From Ascoidea asiatica JCM 7603 (taxonomy: Eukaryota > Fungi > Ascomycota): a stretch of 64,000 bases of DNA. Below the pieces are notes generated by a model. That model searched no databases. It had not been told where the DNA came from and worked only from the letters and a program-made list of their open reading frames with translations. Shown piece by piece: positions 33,400-47,516 of this stretch (positions are counted from its first letter, which is position 1; each line of letters opens with the position of its first letter). Location: positions 2,152,615-2,216,614 of the forward strand of contig BCKQ01000001.1 in assembly GCA_001600695.1 (NCBI GenBank), in the 5' to 3' direction. The position numbers and the translations under genes are program-made.

Positions 33400-35689
33400 T
33401 ATTACTATTATTATTATTATTACTATTATTATTAATGCTACTAATCTTGTTATTATTGTTATTGTTATTACCATTATTAATATTATTATTTTGTGGATAA
33501 GGTTTTGAAGTAGAAAAATTTGGATTTGGATTGTTAATCATTGGAGAACCCATTTGTGGGCCAATTTGAGGATTAAAAGCTTGAGAAGGTAAAGGATTTG
33601 AAATATTCTGCATTAAATTTGAATTTACTTGAGAATTATTATAGAAAGAAGGATTAACAAAAGATTGACCTCCAGCAATTGTTTGATATGCATAAGTATT
33701 AAGAATAGGTAAGATTGAATAGCCATTTCTTCCATTATAATAATTATTGCCATTGAAATTATTATTATTTATATTATTCAAGTTATTCATGTTACTCATA
33801 TTATTCATATTGTTTAAGTTATTCATATTATTGCTCATATTATTATTCATATGATTCATACTATTCATATTAATCATGTTATTCATATTGTTTAAGTTAT
33901 TCATGTTATTCATGTTATTCATATTATTCATATTATTATTGTTATTATTATATTTATTATTGTAATTATTCGAATGAAAATTTGAATAAGATCTACGATT
34001 GCCATAACGGTATTTTTGATGATTATGATTATTATGATTATTGTATTTAGAATAGCCATTTCCATTATGGTTATTATTATTGTTATTGTTGTTATTATAG
34101 TTATTATTATTATTATTGTTATTGTAATTACTATTATTTTTGATATTATTGATGTTATTGATATTATTATTCTTATTATTATTGTTATTATCGATATTAT
34201 TGGTATTATTGATATTGGTATTATTGGTATTGTTGTTATTGATATTATTATTATGATCAGAGTTATTTATAATGTTATTGTTTTTGAAATCATTATTTGA
34301 CTCATCATTGTTATTATTAGTGTTATTATTATCTTTACTATCAATATTATTATCATTATCGGTATTAACATCATCATTATTTTTATTACTTAAAATGATA
34401 TTACTATCAATAATTTCTTCTATTTCTTTTTTTTCTAAATTATTAGAATTATTATTAGGTTTAGTATCATTGATATTTTTAGATTGATCAACTTCAATTA
34501 TATTGTTGTTATTATTATTATAATTATTATTATAATTATTGTTATTATTATTATGATTTTTATTATTATTATTAGAAGTAGAAGTAGATTTAGAAGAAGA
34601 TTTTGATAAAGATTTAGAAGTAGATTTTGAAGTTGATTTAGAATTAGATTTTGAGGAAGATTTATTTAAATGAATGGAATGAATTTGTTTTTGATTTAAG
34701 TTTAAATTTTTTAAAGATTCAGATAAATCAGCAGATTTTTTATCATAAATCTTTTGGTCATTTAATTTATTATTAATATTAATATTATTTGATAACTTTG
34801 GTTTAACCGCTGATGAAGAAGAATTTCTATGATTATTTTTTTTTGAAGATTTTCCGTTGTTATTGTTATTGTTATTATCTTTTGAGTTCAATATGATTGT
34901 TGAATTATTATTATTATTGTTATTCTGATTTGATTTTTTAGATTTTGAAATATTATCATGTTTATCATTTTTCTCATTTTTATCAGTTCTATCATGTTTA
35001 TCATTTTTATCATTTTTATCATTTTTATCATTTTTATCGATATATTTTTTATCATTTGATTTCTTATCATTTGAAATTACATTTTTATCATTAGAATTTG
35101 AATTTGAATTTGAATTAGAGTTAGAATTAGAATTAGAATTAGAATTAGAATTAGAAATAGAATTAGAGGTAGTAGATTTATTGGTTGATTTAGAAGACTT
35201 TGATACTTTTCTTTGTTGTTTATTTTTTTTATTTGAAGGTAATTCAATTGCAGCATCAGGATATGGAATCCATTTTTCATTTTTATTAAGTTTTAATTTC
35301 GATTTAATTATATCATTATTGTTATTGTTATTATTGTTGTTATTACTATTATTAGTAGCAGTATTGGCAGTAGTAGAAGTAATAGATGAAGAAGTACTTA
35401 TACTTATATTATTTATATTAATTTCTTTATTTTCTTTATTTTCAGTATTATCTTTAGAATCTTTATTATTAGAAATAGAATTTGAATTTAAAGTTGAATT
35501 TGAAGTTGAATTTACTTTTGATTGTATATTAGAATTTATTGAATTTGAATTTGAATTTAAATTTGATTTTTTAATTTTAGTCCATGGATTTTCTTTTGGA
35601 GGAGGAGCAGGTAATAAAACAGAATGAGAAGTGAATGGAATAGAAGAATTATCAGAAATTGAATCCATTGGAGATATTGAAGAAGTCAT
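32831..35689 (-). CDS. SRO9: La-motif RNA-binding protein Sro9/Slf1 (LARP1-like) with large Asn-rich low-complexity expansion
   Basis: N-terminal LLPAPPPKENPW; EKWIPY; C-terminal La motif QITYYFSFDNLIKDTYLRDQMD...IAKFNRIK. Confidence 0.88.
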
Positions 35690-36709
35690 TATTATATAAG
35701 ATTGAATAGAATATGTAATTGAATAGGGTAGGATATGATAGAATATAATATGGTAGATTAGATTAGATTAGATAATAATAGGGTTTTTAATAGTGTTATA
35801 TTAAAAGATCACAAAGAAAAGAGTAAATAAAAGATTGAAAGTAAACGCAAACTAGGAAACAAAAAAATAAAAATAAGAAAGGATAAAGTGGATAAATTAA
35901 ATCTTTGTTATTGAGATTTATTTTTTAGGTAGTTATGTATTGTATTGTATAATAGTAGATATTATATATTGATAGATATATTAATAGATATATTAGATAA
36001 AATACAATAATGTGGTTTTGGAAGTTAAGTGATAATTGACAGATAAAGGATATAAGAGTGAAAAGTTAAGCGCTTAAAATAATAAATTGAAAAAGTTGAT
36101 TACTCTGGGTATATTTATATTGATTTTCTTCAACTTATTATATTTTATTTTGATTAATATATTTTTTATATATTATATGATTTTATTTTATTGGATTGAA
36201 TTATATTTTATTTATTCTATTTATTATGCTACTGATATAACTTGAATAGTAGTAATTATCAAGAGCCGAAGAATAAACAATGAAAATAATAAACAGTATT
36301 GCTATGATCTGAGATTAATAAACAGATTGAGATAAAACAATAGTTAAATTATTGATTGATACGTCTTTATAGATAAAGATGATTATTAAATAATTATAAA
36401 ATATTATATATAAATAAAAATATAAAATACAATTGAAATTATAAAACAATATAATATATAAATATAAATAAAAACAGTGATGAATATGAAATAGTCAATA
36501 TCAGCACAGTACTGGAGTGTTTGCAGTAAAGCTCTGGGCGAGATGGTGGTAATTGAGAGTGGTAATTGAGAGTGATGAAGTGTAATTAATGGCTACAATA
36601 CAACTGTTACCAGTTTTCCACTTCTTGCTCTTCGCTTCTCTTGTCGCTTTCTTCGCTTTCTTCTCTTTCTTCTCTTGCTCCCACCGAAACAAGCCCACCG
36701 CGGGTTAAC

Positions 36710-36777
36710 AGCCCTAAACTAATCTAAAAAGAGCCCTAAAAGCATAAATCACATGACCATACTGTTAACCATGTGAC
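36710..36777. promoter_or_regulatory. Tbf1-like/Cbf1-like composite module (SRO9/VHC1 divergent promoter)
   Basis: AGCCCTAA 36710-17; AGAGCCCTAA 36730-39; ATCACATGAC 36748-57; CATGTGAC 36770-77. Confidence 0.55.
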
Positions 36778-37069
36778 ACGCTTCCAGGACACCCACAAAT
36801 ATGGCGTTTACTTCCGAACTTTGACTGCTCTTTTTATTCCCCAATAAATGTCGATTTCCTTAAAGTTATCGAAAATTCTTATCTCTTCTCGTTATCGAAA
36901 TAGCCATAATAACTATATAAGTAAAAATTAGCCATACAAATTATCTAGTATAATAACAAAAATATAAATATTAATAATAATACATTCATTAATCTCTCTA
37001 AAATACATTTTTTTTACATTCAATCTCTTTATATTTCATTCAAATCATATAAAAAAAAATTTATAATAT

Positions 37070-40000
37070 ATGGAAGTTGATAATCTATTATCAAATAATT
37101 TAAATTTAAATTTAAATTATCATTCAACTTCAAATTCAACTACTACTAGTAGTAATAATAACAATAATGCTGCTTCAAATAATGAGAAGATTAAATTTTC
37201 AAATGCGAATAAATTAAATACCTTTTATGGGGTATTTATACCAACTTCTTTGAATGTTTTATCCATTTTAATGTTTCTTAGATTTGGTTTTATAATTGGT
37301 CAATTAGGTATATTATTATCAATTTTAACTTTAATTATATGTTATTCAATAAATTTATTAACAACAATGTCTGTATCTGCGATTGCAACTAATGGTATTG
37401 TAAGAACTGGTGGCGCTTATTATATGATCTCAAGATCTTTAGGTCCAGAATTTGGTGGTTCAATTGGTTTAGTTTTTTATATTGGTCAAATTTTAAATTC
37501 TTCTTTGAATGTTTTAGGTTTAATTGAACCAATTTTAAATAATTTTGGTAATTTAAATGGTAATTATTCTAAAATTTTACCAGAATCTGATTTTTTTCAA
37601 AAAATTTATTCATCTTTAATTTTATTAATTTGTACAATTATAAGTTCATTTGGTGGTAAATTAATCTCAACAACTGGTTCTATTTTTTTTATACTTTTAA
37701 TGATTTCAAATATTTCAATTCCAATTTCAATTTTTTTTGTTAAACCATTTTTTATACCAAATTTAAATTCTTTTTATTCTGGTCCAAATTGGTTAAATTT
37801 TAAAAATAATTTATTTCCAAATTTTACAATTGGTGCTGCAGGTTCTCAAATGGAAAGTAAAGAAACTTTTAATGATATTTTTGGAATATTTTTTCCTGCA
37901 ACTGCTGGAATTTTAGCAGGTTCAAGTATGTCAGGTTCTTTAAAAAATCCTTCAATTTCAATACCAAATGGTACTTTATGGGGTTTATTATTATCTTTTT
38001 CAACTTATTTAATTATTATTATTTCAATTGGTATTTCAATTCCAAGAGATTTATTATATAAAGATATTCAAGTTATTCAAACAATTAATTTATCTAAAAT
38101 TATTATAATTATTGGTGAATTTTCAACTTCTTTATTTTCGGTAATTTGCGGTATAATTGGTTCGGCTTCAATTCTTGAAGCAATCGCAAATGATGAAATT
38201 TTACCAGGTTTAAAAATTTTTAAAACAAATAAATTTAATTTAACTCCATTATCTTCAATTTTATTAACTTGGTTAATAACTCAATTTTTTTTATTTTTTA
38301 ATATTAATCAAATTGCAACTTTTATTACTATGGCTTTTTTAATCACTTTTATAGTTATAAATTTAGCTTGTTTACTTTTAAAAATTTCTTCTGCTCCTAA
38401 TTTTAGACCAAGTTTTAAATTTTTTAATGCTGGTACTGCTTTATTTGGTTGTATTTCAAATATAATTGCAATGTTTATTGTCGATGGAATTTCTGCCGCT
38501 ATTGTTTATATTCTAATGTTAATTTTATTTTTATTAATTCATTATACTTCTCCACCTAAATCTTGGGGTGATGTTTCTCAATCTTTAATCTATCATCAAT
38601 TAAGAAAATATTTATTAAAATTAAAACAAAATAATGTTAAATATTGGAGACCTCAGATTTTGCTTTTAGTTGATAATCCGAGAACTGCTTGGAATTTAAT
38701 TCAATTTTGTAATAATTTAAAAAAAGGTGGTTTATATATCTTAGGTCATGTATCTGTAATGAATAATAATTTTAATTCAATTAATTATCAATCTAATTTT
38801 TTGAGAAATTATTTAAAACAAAAAACTGCCTGGTCAAAATTAACTGATTTAATGAATCTTAAAGCTTTTATTCAAATTAATATTGATGATTCTGTTTCTT
38901 GGGGGGTTAGAAATATTTTTGCAAGTTCAGGTTTAGGTGGTATGAAACCAAATATTGTTGTACTTGGTTTTTATGATATTAATAATAATAGTTATAATAC
39001 TGTAAAAAAACCTTTTATTAATAAAACTAGTTTAAATGATAGAGAAAGAATTAAAAATGGATTTTTAAAACAAGTTAATATTGATATTGAAGAATTACCA
39101 ACTGACAAATTTTGTTTAAAAGAAGAAAAAAATTCGAAAATTGATATGAAACAATGGGTTCAAATTATTGAAGATTTAGTTTTAATGAATGGTACAATTG
39201 CAATTGCAAAAGGTTTTCCAAGACTTATTTTTCCAAAAGATAATATAAAAATTTCAAATAATTTAAAATCTTATATTGATTTATATCCAATTCAAATGTC
39301 CGCAAAGATTTCAAATAAAAATGGTTCAACTTCTTTGACAACAAATTTTGATACATATTCATTAATTTTACAATTAGGTGCAATTTTACATACAGTACCA
39401 AAATGGAAAAAAACTCATAAATTAAGAATAATTTTATTTGTTGAAAACAATGATGATATAATCGAAGAAAAAAAAAGAATTTCATCATTATTAACAATTT
39501 TGAGAATTAGAGCAGAAATTATTATTTTATGTTTTGATTCAAAAAAATTTTTAGTTTATAATTATATTTGTAAAGGAAATTGTAATAATAAAAAAATTAT
39601 TGAAAAAGTTAATTCCAAACTTTCTGAAGATGAATGGTGGAATAAATTAATTGATATTAGAAAAAATGATAAATTAAATAATAGGAAATTAAATAATAAT
39701 GTCAAATTTGAAAACTTATTAAATAAAAATAAAAATTTAAATAAAGATAATTTCAATTTAATTTCAAGAAGTAATACAACAAATTTTTTCAAAAAAGATA
39801 GAAAAATGAGTTTACCAAATTTTGAAAAAATGGGTGTTAAATTTAATATGATTAGTAATAAAATTTTGAACTCAAATATTGTTAATGCAATTTACTCAGA
39901 TTCTGAAGATAGTGAAGAAAGTGATAGTAATGAATCTATAAGTATTTATGACAGTGATTCGTCAATTGATAGTAAATCAATAATCAGAAGAAGTAAAACT

Positions 40001-40903
40001 ATGGTTGATAATAATCATAATCATAATCAAATTAGAAGAAAACAAACTGGAATGACTTCTGGAATATCATCAGGAACTCCATTAAACTCAAGTTTTCAAT
40101 TAAAACATAAAAGAAGTTCAAATGATTTTAAAAATTCATATGAAAATTTTCGAAATAAAAATTTAAACTTTGAAAATAAAAGGACAGTAAATGAAAGTAC
40201 AAGTCTTAAATTACCAATAAATTATTCAAGAGAAAATAGTATTCATTCTTTCACAGGATCTTTTAGAAAAAGTGGTAAATCAAATTTCTCATCAGAAGCA
40301 ATACCTGATTCTCTTGTTATTGAAGATGCAAAAGGAGATGAACCATCGGTTATGTTTGCGAATAATGAAAGTAATAAATCTATAAGAACAAAAAACAAAA
40401 GTAATTGTAAAAATAATAAAAATTGTAAGAATAACATCAGTGATAAACAAGCATTAGATGGTTATGATAGTAATAAAAATGAACAAATTAGAATAAATAA
40501 TGAAGATAATAAAGAAAGCGAAAGTATTAAAGATACCAAGGATAAACGAAATGAGGAAAATGTTAATGTTGAAGATGAAGATGATAATGATTATGATTAT
40601 GAACAAGAAGAAAATGAAGGGGAAAATGAAAATGAGGATGATGATGAAAAACTTGATATAAACGATTTATCATTCAATGATTTACCTGGAAGTGCTCAAC
40701 ATTTAATTTTAAATGAACTTATGAGAGTTACATCTACTAATACGTCGGTTATATTTTCAACATTACCAGTTCCAAGAATTGGAATGCATAGAGATGAAAA
40801 AGAATGTAAAAATTATATTAATTCATTAGATATTTGGTTTGAAAATTTACCACCAGTTTTTTTAGTCAATTCAAGAACAATCACAGTCACGACAGCTTTA
40901 TAG
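37070..40903 (+). CDS. VHC1: Cation-chloride cotransporter (SLC12/Vhc1), tandem copy A
   Basis: [90 protein letters not shown]-terminal TVTTAL. Confidence 0.93.
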   Translation: MEVDNLLSNNLNLNLNYHSTSNSTTTSSNNNNNAASNNEKIKFSNANKLNTFYGVFIPTSLNVLSILMFLRFGFIIGQLGILLSILTLIICYSINLLTTMSVSAIATNGIVRTGGAYYMISRSLGPEFGGSIGLVFYIGQILNSSLNVLGLIEPILNNFGNLNGNYSKILPESDFFQKIYSSLILLICTIISSFGGKLISTTGSIFFILLMISNISIPISIFFVKPFFIPNLNSFYSGPNWLNFKNNLFPNFTIGAAGSQMESKETFNDIFGIFFPATAGILAGSSMSGSLKNPSISIPNGTLWGLLLSFSTYLIIIISIGISIPRDLLYKDIQVIQTINLSKIIIIIGEFSTSLFSVICGIIGSASILEAIANDEILPGLKIFKTNKFNLTPLSSILLTWLITQFFLFFNINQIATFITMAFLITFIVINLACLLLKISSAPNFRPSFKFFNAGTALFGCISNIIAMFIVDGISAAIVYILMLILFLLIHYTSPPKSWGDVSQSLIYHQLRKYLLKLKQNNVKYWRPQILLLVDNPRTAWNLIQFCNNLKKGGLYILGHVSVMNNNFNSINYQSNFLRNYLKQKTAWSKLTDLMNLKAFIQINIDDSVSWGVRNIFASSGLGGMKPNIVVLGFYDINNNSYNTVKKPFINKTSLNDRERIKNGFLKQVNIDIEELPTDKFCLKEEKNSKIDMKQWVQIIEDLVLMNGTIAIAKGFPRLIFPKDNIKISNNLKSYIDLYPIQMSAKISNKNGSTSLTTNFDTYSLILQLGAILHTVPKWKKTHKLRIILFVENNDDIIEEKKRISSLLTILRIRAEIIILCFDSKKFLVYNYICKGNCNNKKIIEKVNSKLSEDEWWNKLIDIRKNDKLNNRKLNNNVKFENLLNKNKNLNKDNFNLISRSNTTNFFKKDRKMSLPNFEKMGVKFNMISNKILNSNIVNAIYSDSEDSEESDSNESISIYDSDSSIDSKSIIRRSKTMVDNNHNHNQIRRKQTGMTSGISSGTPLNSSFQLKHKRSSNDFKNSYENFRNKNLNFENKRTVNESTSLKLPINYSRENSIHSFTGSFRKSGKSNFSSEAIPDSLVIEDAKGDEPSVMFANNESNKSIRTKNKSNCKNNKNCKNNISDKQALDGYDSNKNEQIRINNEDNKESESIKDTKDKRNEENVNVEDEDDNDYDYEQEENEGENENEDDDEKLDINDLSFNDLPGSAQHLILNELMRVTSTNTSVIFSTLPVPRIGMHRDEKECKNYINSLDIWFENLPPVFLVNSRTITVTTAL

Positions 40904-41520
40904 ATTCAATTGATAAAGCATTTTATAGATTTATTTTTTATGTTTTTTCTTCTTTGAGCTATTTTTTTTATACTTTTTGTTTAATTTTGTTGGTAATTGA
41001 CATTTGTTAAAAAATAGTCTACTGATTTGTAAACAGAGACCAGGATATTGGGTGTCGTTTAGTGTTTATTATGACGACACGCAGGTTCCTTCAACAATAC
41101 GTCGAGACCTCCTTTTGGCTGAAGCAAGAAAATGGTTACGCTAATGATAATGATAGTAACCTTACCGGTAATAAAAAAGAAAACAAGCTCATTTTTAGAT
41201 CATAACAAGATGAAATAAATAAATAATAAATAAAGGTCTATTTTGAAACAGAATGTCAGCGCTCGGGAGATAAGAACGCAGGAGGGCTTCTTAGATTCAA
41301 TACAATAAATCAATAAATACACCTGTTTTGTTTCATATTCTTTTCTGATTCTTTTAATGATCGATTCTTTTATTCAATCTTTTTTTTATTCTTTTATTAT
41401 TAGAAAATCAATCTAAGAAGGAACTCTCTATAGAAGAGATAGTAAAACAATTAAATATCTAATTAATTATTCATCTAGATAACATATATATATTTCATTT
41501 TTTTTCATTTTTTTCTTTCA

Positions 41521-44500
41521 ATGGGCGCTACAAATCAATCTCACATTAATAGTGAAATTACCCATAACTTACTAAGCGCAAGCTCAAATTCTCAAAGCTA
41601 TGGTTCAATAAATGATTTTTCCCTTAGTAAAAGAAGAACAAATTCTCAGATAAATAATTCTCCTCATGTTGAGAATTTTTCAGGCTCTCCAATGTCTGTC
41701 TTAAGAACTGATACATCTTCAAATAGAAATATTAATAATAGTCATGCCAATAATAGCAATAATAATCACATAGATAATATAAATAATTCTTCGAATAATG
41801 ATAATTTAAAACCAAAATCAAGTAAACTAGGAACTTTTGATGGTGTATTTATACCAACTTCTTTAAATGTTTTATCAATTTTAATGTTCCTTAGATTTGG
41901 TTTTGTTGTGGGCCAATTAGGTATACTATTATCAGTTTTAACTTTAGTTTTATGTTATTCAATTAATTTGTTAACAACACTTTCAATTTCGGCAATTGCT
42001 ACAAATGGTACTGTCAGAAAAGGTGGTGCTTATTATATGATTTCAAGATCTTTAGGTCCAGAATTTGGTGGTTCAATTGGTTTAGTTTTTTTTATTGGTC
42101 AAGTACTAAATTCTGCTTTGAATGTTGTGGGTTTAGTTGAAGCTTTATCTAGTAATTTTGGTGAAACAAAAGGTGCTTTATTTCAATTATTTCCTGATAA
42201 TTATTGGTACAAATTTTTTTATTCAACATTAATTTTATTATTATCAACAATTTTCAGTGCCATTGGTTCAAATTTAGTTTCAAAAGCAGGTTCTGTTTTT
42301 TTCACTTTATTAATAATTTCAACAGTTTCAATACCATTTTCAACATTGATTGTTAAACCATTTGAATTTCCGGAATTTAATTTAACTTATTTTGGTCCAT
42401 CTTGGAAAACTTTTAACAAAAATTTATTTCCAAATTTTACAATTGGTGCTGCTGGTTCTCAAATAGACGGTAAAGAAACCTTTAATGATATTTTTGGAAT
42501 TTTTTTTCCTGCAACTGCTGGAATTATGGCCGGTGCAAGTATGTCTGGGTCTTTGAGAAAACCATCAAAATCAATTTCAAAAGGTACTTTATGGGGTTTA
42601 TTAGTAACTTTTTTTTGTTATCTATTAGTAATTATTTCTTTAGGTATTTCAATTCCAAGAAATTTATTGTATAAAGACATTCAGATAATTCAAGATGTTA
42701 ATATTTCTGGTTCTTTTATAATAATGGGTGAATTGTCTGCTTCTTTATTTTCAGTAATTTGTGGTGTAGTTAGTGCTTCGAATATCTTAGAGGCTATTGC
42801 ATCTGATGAAATTATACCTGGTTTAAATATTTTTGCTGCAAAAGGTGCTGAAGTTTCTTTTGCAGCAATTTTTATTTCTTGGCTTTTATCTCAATTATGC
42901 TTATTTTCTGATGTTAATCAAATTGCAACTTTTATCACAATGGCTTTTTTAATTACATTTATTGTTACAAATTTGGCTTGTTTTCTTTTGAGAATTTCTT
43001 CTGCTCCAAATTTTAGGCCAAGTTTTAGATATTTTAGTGCTGGAACCGCATTACTAGGTGCGATTGTTGGTATAATTGCAATGTTTATTGTTGATCCATT
43101 TGCTGCTTCAATGGTATTTATTTTCATGGTAATGTTATTTTTATTAATTCATTATACTTGTCCTCCAAAATCTTGGGGTGATGTATCCCAATCTTTAATC
43201 TATCATCAAGTTAGAAAATATTTACTAAGATTGAGACAAGATAATGTTAAATATTGGAGACCCCAAATTTTACTTCTAGTTGACAATCCAAGAACTGCTT
43301 GGAATCTTATGGAATTTTGTAATAGTTTGAAAAAAGGTGGATTATATATCTTAGGTCATGTAATGTTAATGGGAAAGGATAATAATTCAACAGATTTTGA
43401 AGATAATTTTTTTAAGGAACATTTAAAACAAAAAACTTCATGGGTTCAATTAAGAGATCTGATGAATATTAAAGCTTTTGTTCAAGTAAGTTTCGGTCCT
43501 GATATTGTTTGGGGTGTAAGAAATGTTTTTGCAGGTTCTGGATTAGGTGGAATGAAACCAAATATTGTCGTTCTTGGTTTTTATAACTCAAAAGCTCATA
43601 GAATGATGATGGAGGCTAAATCACTCAATGATAACAGAATTGTTAGTGATTCTTCTGGTCAAGTTAGATTAAATATTGAATCTTTACCAACTGATGTTTG
43701 TAGAAATGAAGAAAAAATTTCAATTCAAGAATATGTTCATATAATTGAAGATTTAACTTTAATGAAAGCAAATGTTGCTGTTGCTATTGGTTTTGATAAA
43801 TTGAATACTCCTTTCAATACCTCCTTTGAAGTTTTCGAAAATAGAAAACAAGTTATTGATTTATATCCAATTCAAATGTCTGCAGAAATTGATAATGATA
43901 ATGGAGATAAAACAGCTCTTAGTTCAAATTTTGATACTTATACATTAATTTTACAATTAGGTGCAATTTTAACTACAGTTCCAAACTGGAAAAAAACTCA
44001 TAAACTAAGAGTAATTGCATTTGTTGAATCATTTATTGAAGTTGAAGAAGAGAAGAAAAGAATTTCTACATTATTAACAATTTTAAGAATTAGAGCAGAA
44101 ATTGTGGTTCTTTGTTTCAAATCTAATAACTATGATATTTATAATTGTATTTGTAAAGGAAATCATGAAGATAAAAAAATTGTTGAGAAAGTTGATAGCA
44201 AATTAAAAGGTGATGAATGGTGGAAAACTTTGAAAGAATTAAGAAATCCTACCATTCCAGAGAATAATCCTGAAGAAATTCAAGAAGTTTTACCTAAGCA
44301 AGCTGTTATTCATGATAATAATTTATTTAATAAAAGTAGAAAATTTGGTCTTTCAAGTTTACAAAAATTAGGTATTATATTCAATATGAGAACAAATAAA
44401 ATTACCAATTCTGATATAGTTCATGCGGTTGAATCAGATTCTGAGGATGAAGGATATGATGATGAATTTAGTTATGAAAGTGATGTTTCAGATATTCATT

Positions 44501-45591
44501 CAATTCATAGTAGAAATTCGGTTAAAAGAAGAAGAACTGTTAAAGATAATAATCATAATGTCAAATCTAATTTCACCAATAACAGTATTGGTATCAATTA
44601 TAACAACAATAATAATATTAATAATAATAGAAATGTATCTATTTATTATCCACCAAAGATAATTTTTCCTAATTCAGATCTCAGAAATATGTTTAAAAGA
44701 TCACCATCATATTCTAAAGTTCCAACACAAAGTTCATTCGAGGGATTACAAGTATTACAAGCACCACCTCCAATATTATCACGAGAAAATAGTTATCAAT
44801 CATTTGTTGGATCACTTAGAAAAAGTGGTAGACCAAATTTTTCATCACAAGCAATGCCAAAATCTCAAGTTGTTGAAGAAGCTAGTGGAAATGAACCAAC
44901 AATTTTATTTGTTAGAGATGATAATGAATCAATTAGAGCTCCAAGTATTAGATCTGTTAAAAAAAGATGTAGTCAAAGAGATTCTAATATTTTATCTTCA
45001 CCACCGGATGTTAAAGTAATAAATAATCAACTGTGTTCACCAAAAAAAAATGATAATTTTGATGAGGAACATATTACTTTAAGTATTGATGGTAATGTTA
45101 ATGTTAATGCTAATAGTAATAGCAATAGTATCACAAATAATAATATTGATACTATTGGAAGATCAAATGAATTTGGAATTAATAATACGATTAATGAAGA
45201 ATCAGAATATAGTACAATGAATAGCAAAAAATGTTTAAATATAATTGGAAATGAAAGTGGAACTGCAACTTCAAGTGGTGAAATAAGAGTTGGAGAAGAA
45301 GATGAAGAAAGGATTGAAAAAGAAGGAGAAAATGAAGATATTGATATAAATGACTTATCATTTAATGATTTACCAGGTATTGCTCAGCATTTGATTTTAA
45401 ATGAATTGATGCTAAAAACTTCAAAGGAATCCTCAGTTATTTTTTCTACATTACCAATACCAATAATTGGTACACATAAAAAAGAAAAAGATTGTATTGA
45501 ATATATTAATACACTTGAAATCTGGTGTGATAAATTACCACCCATATTATTAATAAATTCCAAGACTATGACAGTTACTACAGCATTATAG
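41521..45591 (+). CDS. VHC1: Cation-chloride cotransporter (SLC12/Vhc1), tandem copy B
   Basis: Same motifs as copy A ([41 protein letters not shown]); closer to the recalled family consensus. Confidence 0.94.
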   Translation: MGATNQSHINSEITHNLLSASSNSQSYGSINDFSLSKRRTNSQINNSPHVENFSGSPMSVLRTDTSSNRNINNSHANNSNNNHIDNINNSSNNDNLKPKSSKLGTFDGVFIPTSLNVLSILMFLRFGFVVGQLGILLSVLTLVLCYSINLLTTLSISAIATNGTVRKGGAYYMISRSLGPEFGGSIGLVFFIGQVLNSALNVVGLVEALSSNFGETKGALFQLFPDNYWYKFFYSTLILLLSTIFSAIGSNLVSKAGSVFFTLLIISTVSIPFSTLIVKPFEFPEFNLTYFGPSWKTFNKNLFPNFTIGAAGSQIDGKETFNDIFGIFFPATAGIMAGASMSGSLRKPSKSISKGTLWGLLVTFFCYLLVIISLGISIPRNLLYKDIQIIQDVNISGSFIIMGELSASLFSVICGVVSASNILEAIASDEIIPGLNIFAAKGAEVSFAAIFISWLLSQLCLFSDVNQIATFITMAFLITFIVTNLACFLLRISSAPNFRPSFRYFSAGTALLGAIVGIIAMFIVDPFAASMVFIFMVMLFLLIHYTCPPKSWGDVSQSLIYHQVRKYLLRLRQDNVKYWRPQILLLVDNPRTAWNLMEFCNSLKKGGLYILGHVMLMGKDNNSTDFEDNFFKEHLKQKTSWVQLRDLMNIKAFVQVSFGPDIVWGVRNVFAGSGLGGMKPNIVVLGFYNSKAHRMMMEAKSLNDNRIVSDSSGQVRLNIESLPTDVCRNEEKISIQEYVHIIEDLTLMKANVAVAIGFDKLNTPFNTSFEVFENRKQVIDLYPIQMSAEIDNDNGDKTALSSNFDTYTLILQLGAILTTVPNWKKTHKLRVIAFVESFIEVEEEKKRISTLLTILRIRAEIVVLCFKSNNYDIYNCICKGNHEDKKIVEKVDSKLKGDEWWKTLKELRNPTIPENNPEEIQEVLPKQAVIHDNNLFNKSRKFGLSSLQKLGIIFNMRTNKITNSDIVHAVESDSEDEGYDDEFSYESDVSDIHSIHSRNSVKRRRTVKDNNHNVKSNFTNNSIGINYNNNNNINNNRNVSIYYPPKIIFPNSDLRNMFKRSPSYSKVPTQSSFEGLQVLQAPPPILSRENSYQSFVGSLRKSGRPNFSSQAMPKSQVVEEASGNEPTILFVRDDNESIRAPSIRSVKKRCSQRDSNILSSPPDVKVINNQLCSPKKNDNFDEEHITLSIDGNVNVNANSNSNSITNNNIDTIGRSNEFGINNTINEESEYSTMNSKKCLNIIGNESGTATSSGEIRVGEEDEERIEKEGENEDIDINDLSFNDLPGIAQHLILNELMLKTSKESSVIFSTLPIPIIGTHKKEKDCIEYINTLEIWCDKLPPILLINSKTMTVTTAL

Positions 45592-45993
45592 GTTAAAAGA
45601 AAAAGAGTGGAATATAATTTAATAGAATAGAATATAATCAAAAGAAGTATGCATTGTTTTTTTTTTAATTTTTTGTTTAGATTCTATTTTTAGTGGCTTT
45701 CTTATTTGTTATTTTGTTTATTGTTTTTGTTTGTTGTTTATTTGATTAGTTGTTTGGTTAGTTATTTAATAGTTTAGTAAATTGGTCAGTCATTAAGTTA
45801 TTTATACTTAGTTTTTAAATAATAATCATAATTGTTATTTTATTCAATTCTTTAATTTAAATTTAGTCATATAATATTTTTTTTATTTTGCATTTAAAAT
45901 TCATTCATATACAATATATAAGTTAAAAAGATATAGAAAAAATTGAATATATTATTTATTTTTTTTTTGTTTTTTTAGTTTCAATGATTAAAA

Positions 45994-46737
45994 TTATTCT
46001 TTTATACTTTTTAAAAGATTTTGTAAATCAGTTGCACTTAAAATTGTAACTTTTGGAGAACTATTTTCAATATTTGGAGAACTTAAATCAGTTAAATTAT
46101 CTTGAAGATATTTAATTGTTGCTTTTGCAATTTCATTACCATAAACTGGATAAGCGCCAAGTAAATTACCTAGATAAGTATTATGTAATTTTTCACCAAT
46201 AGAAGCAGCAAGATGATTAAATAAACCTTTTGGTTTATCTCTTTCACCAATTAAAACTCCAGGTCTAATAATTATAGTATGATGAAATTTCAAATCAATT
46301 ACACTTGAATCTAATTCACCTTTCATTTTTAAATATGGAAATTTTGAATCTTTATTTGCACCCATACTTGAAATTAAAATATAAATATTAATATTTTTTA
46401 AATTTTTATTAATATTTTTAGCAAAATCTAAATTTAAATCATGATCAATTTTATATTGATTTTCAAAAGAACCTTCTGCACCTTTAGTTGTAGCTAAACC
46501 TGAAAAAAATATATTAATATTTTGATTTGATTGATTATTTAAATTTATAAAAATTTCATTCCATTTACTTGAATCTTTTTCAATTGTTATAGTTGATTTT
46601 TTTAATTCATTTTTAGTTTTAATTTCTCTACGAGCAACTGGATATAAATGAGAAAATAAAGCAGAATTATCAGCTTCTTCAAGAAAAGCTTTTCCAACTA
46701 AACCTGTTGCACCAACGATTATTGCTTTGAAAGACAT
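45994..46737 (-). CDS. FMP52: NAD(P)-binding Rossmann protein Fmp52 (TIP30-like)
   Basis: IVGATGLVG, FFSGLATTK...FENQYKIDHDLN, ISSMGA...FPYLKMKGEL, IIRPGVLIGER. Confidence 0.92.
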   Translation of the reverse strand: MSFKAIIVGATGLVGKAFLEEADNSALFSHLYPVARREIKTKNELKKSTITIEKDSSKWNEIFINLNNQSNQNINIFFSGLATTKGAEGSFENQYKIDHDLNLDFAKNINKNLKNINIYILISSMGANKDSKFPYLKMKGELDSSVIDLKFHHTIIIRPGVLIGERDKPKGLFNHLAASIGEKLHNTYLGNLLGAYPVYGNEIAKATIKYLQDNLTDLSSPNIENSSPKVTILSATDLQNLLKSIKE

Positions 46738-46742
46738 TGTTA

Positions 46743-46776
<34 letters not shown>

Positions 46777-47013
46777 GCGTTAAGTCGATATCAAATTAGA
46801 ATATATAAAACAAATCAATTGAGTTTAAATACTTTATCTCTTGATATCCAATCAGTTCATAAATTGATTTGATTGATAGACATTTCAGGAAGGGGCGACA
46901 ATTGTTACATTATTACAAATCTTCCCCAGAATCAGAAAGCATTGTTTAAACAATTTTTTATCAATCCTGCCGTGTTTCGGAACCAGCCAAATGGAACCAT
47001 CCGAAAAATCAAC

Positions 47014-47118
47014 AGAGCCCTACTTCCAAGAAAGCCAAAACAACAACAACATGAGATAAGAGCCCTAATAAAGCAATCACATGACTAGATTGCACGCGTG
47101 ATATACTTATCACATGAC
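47014..47118. promoter_or_regulatory. Tbf1-like/Cbf1-like composite module plus MCB-like site (FMP52/YRA1 divergent promoter)
   Basis: AGAGCCCTA 47014-22; AGAGCCCTAA 47059-68; ATCACATGAC 47076-85 and 47109-18; ACGCGT 47094-99. Confidence 0.55.
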
Positions 47119-47516
47119 TGTTGCTACTAGCCACGAAGATGATCTTTTACAGCCGCTAATTTCCCTTTTTGGTTATTTTTGCTTTATTTTCACCGCACGA
47201 CTTTCCCAGCTGATTGAAATTTCCTTGCCACCGTTTGAAAAATTGCAGAGCCAGTTTCGTTTTCCTCTTTCTTTTACTGTTTTCAAATTGCAAATATTTC
47301 CTACTTTACGTATTCTTCTTATTTATTAATCTCTTTCTATCTTTTCTCTTATTTAATCAATTGTTCAATCCATCAATTAATAAATACATTAGTATACTAG
47401 TTAATTATTCAATTAATCAATTATCATAGATAAATCAATTACTGAAATACTGTTCAGATTACTATCTTATTTTTTGCTATTCTTTCATATCATCAATTAA
47501 TTATTATTTTTCAATC

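Noticed and set aside
37429-42091. A ~49-nt identical stretch between the VHC1 copies as gene conversion
   Set aside because: It encodes the invariant [16 protein letters not shown] motif; strong AT codon bias can produce this identity.
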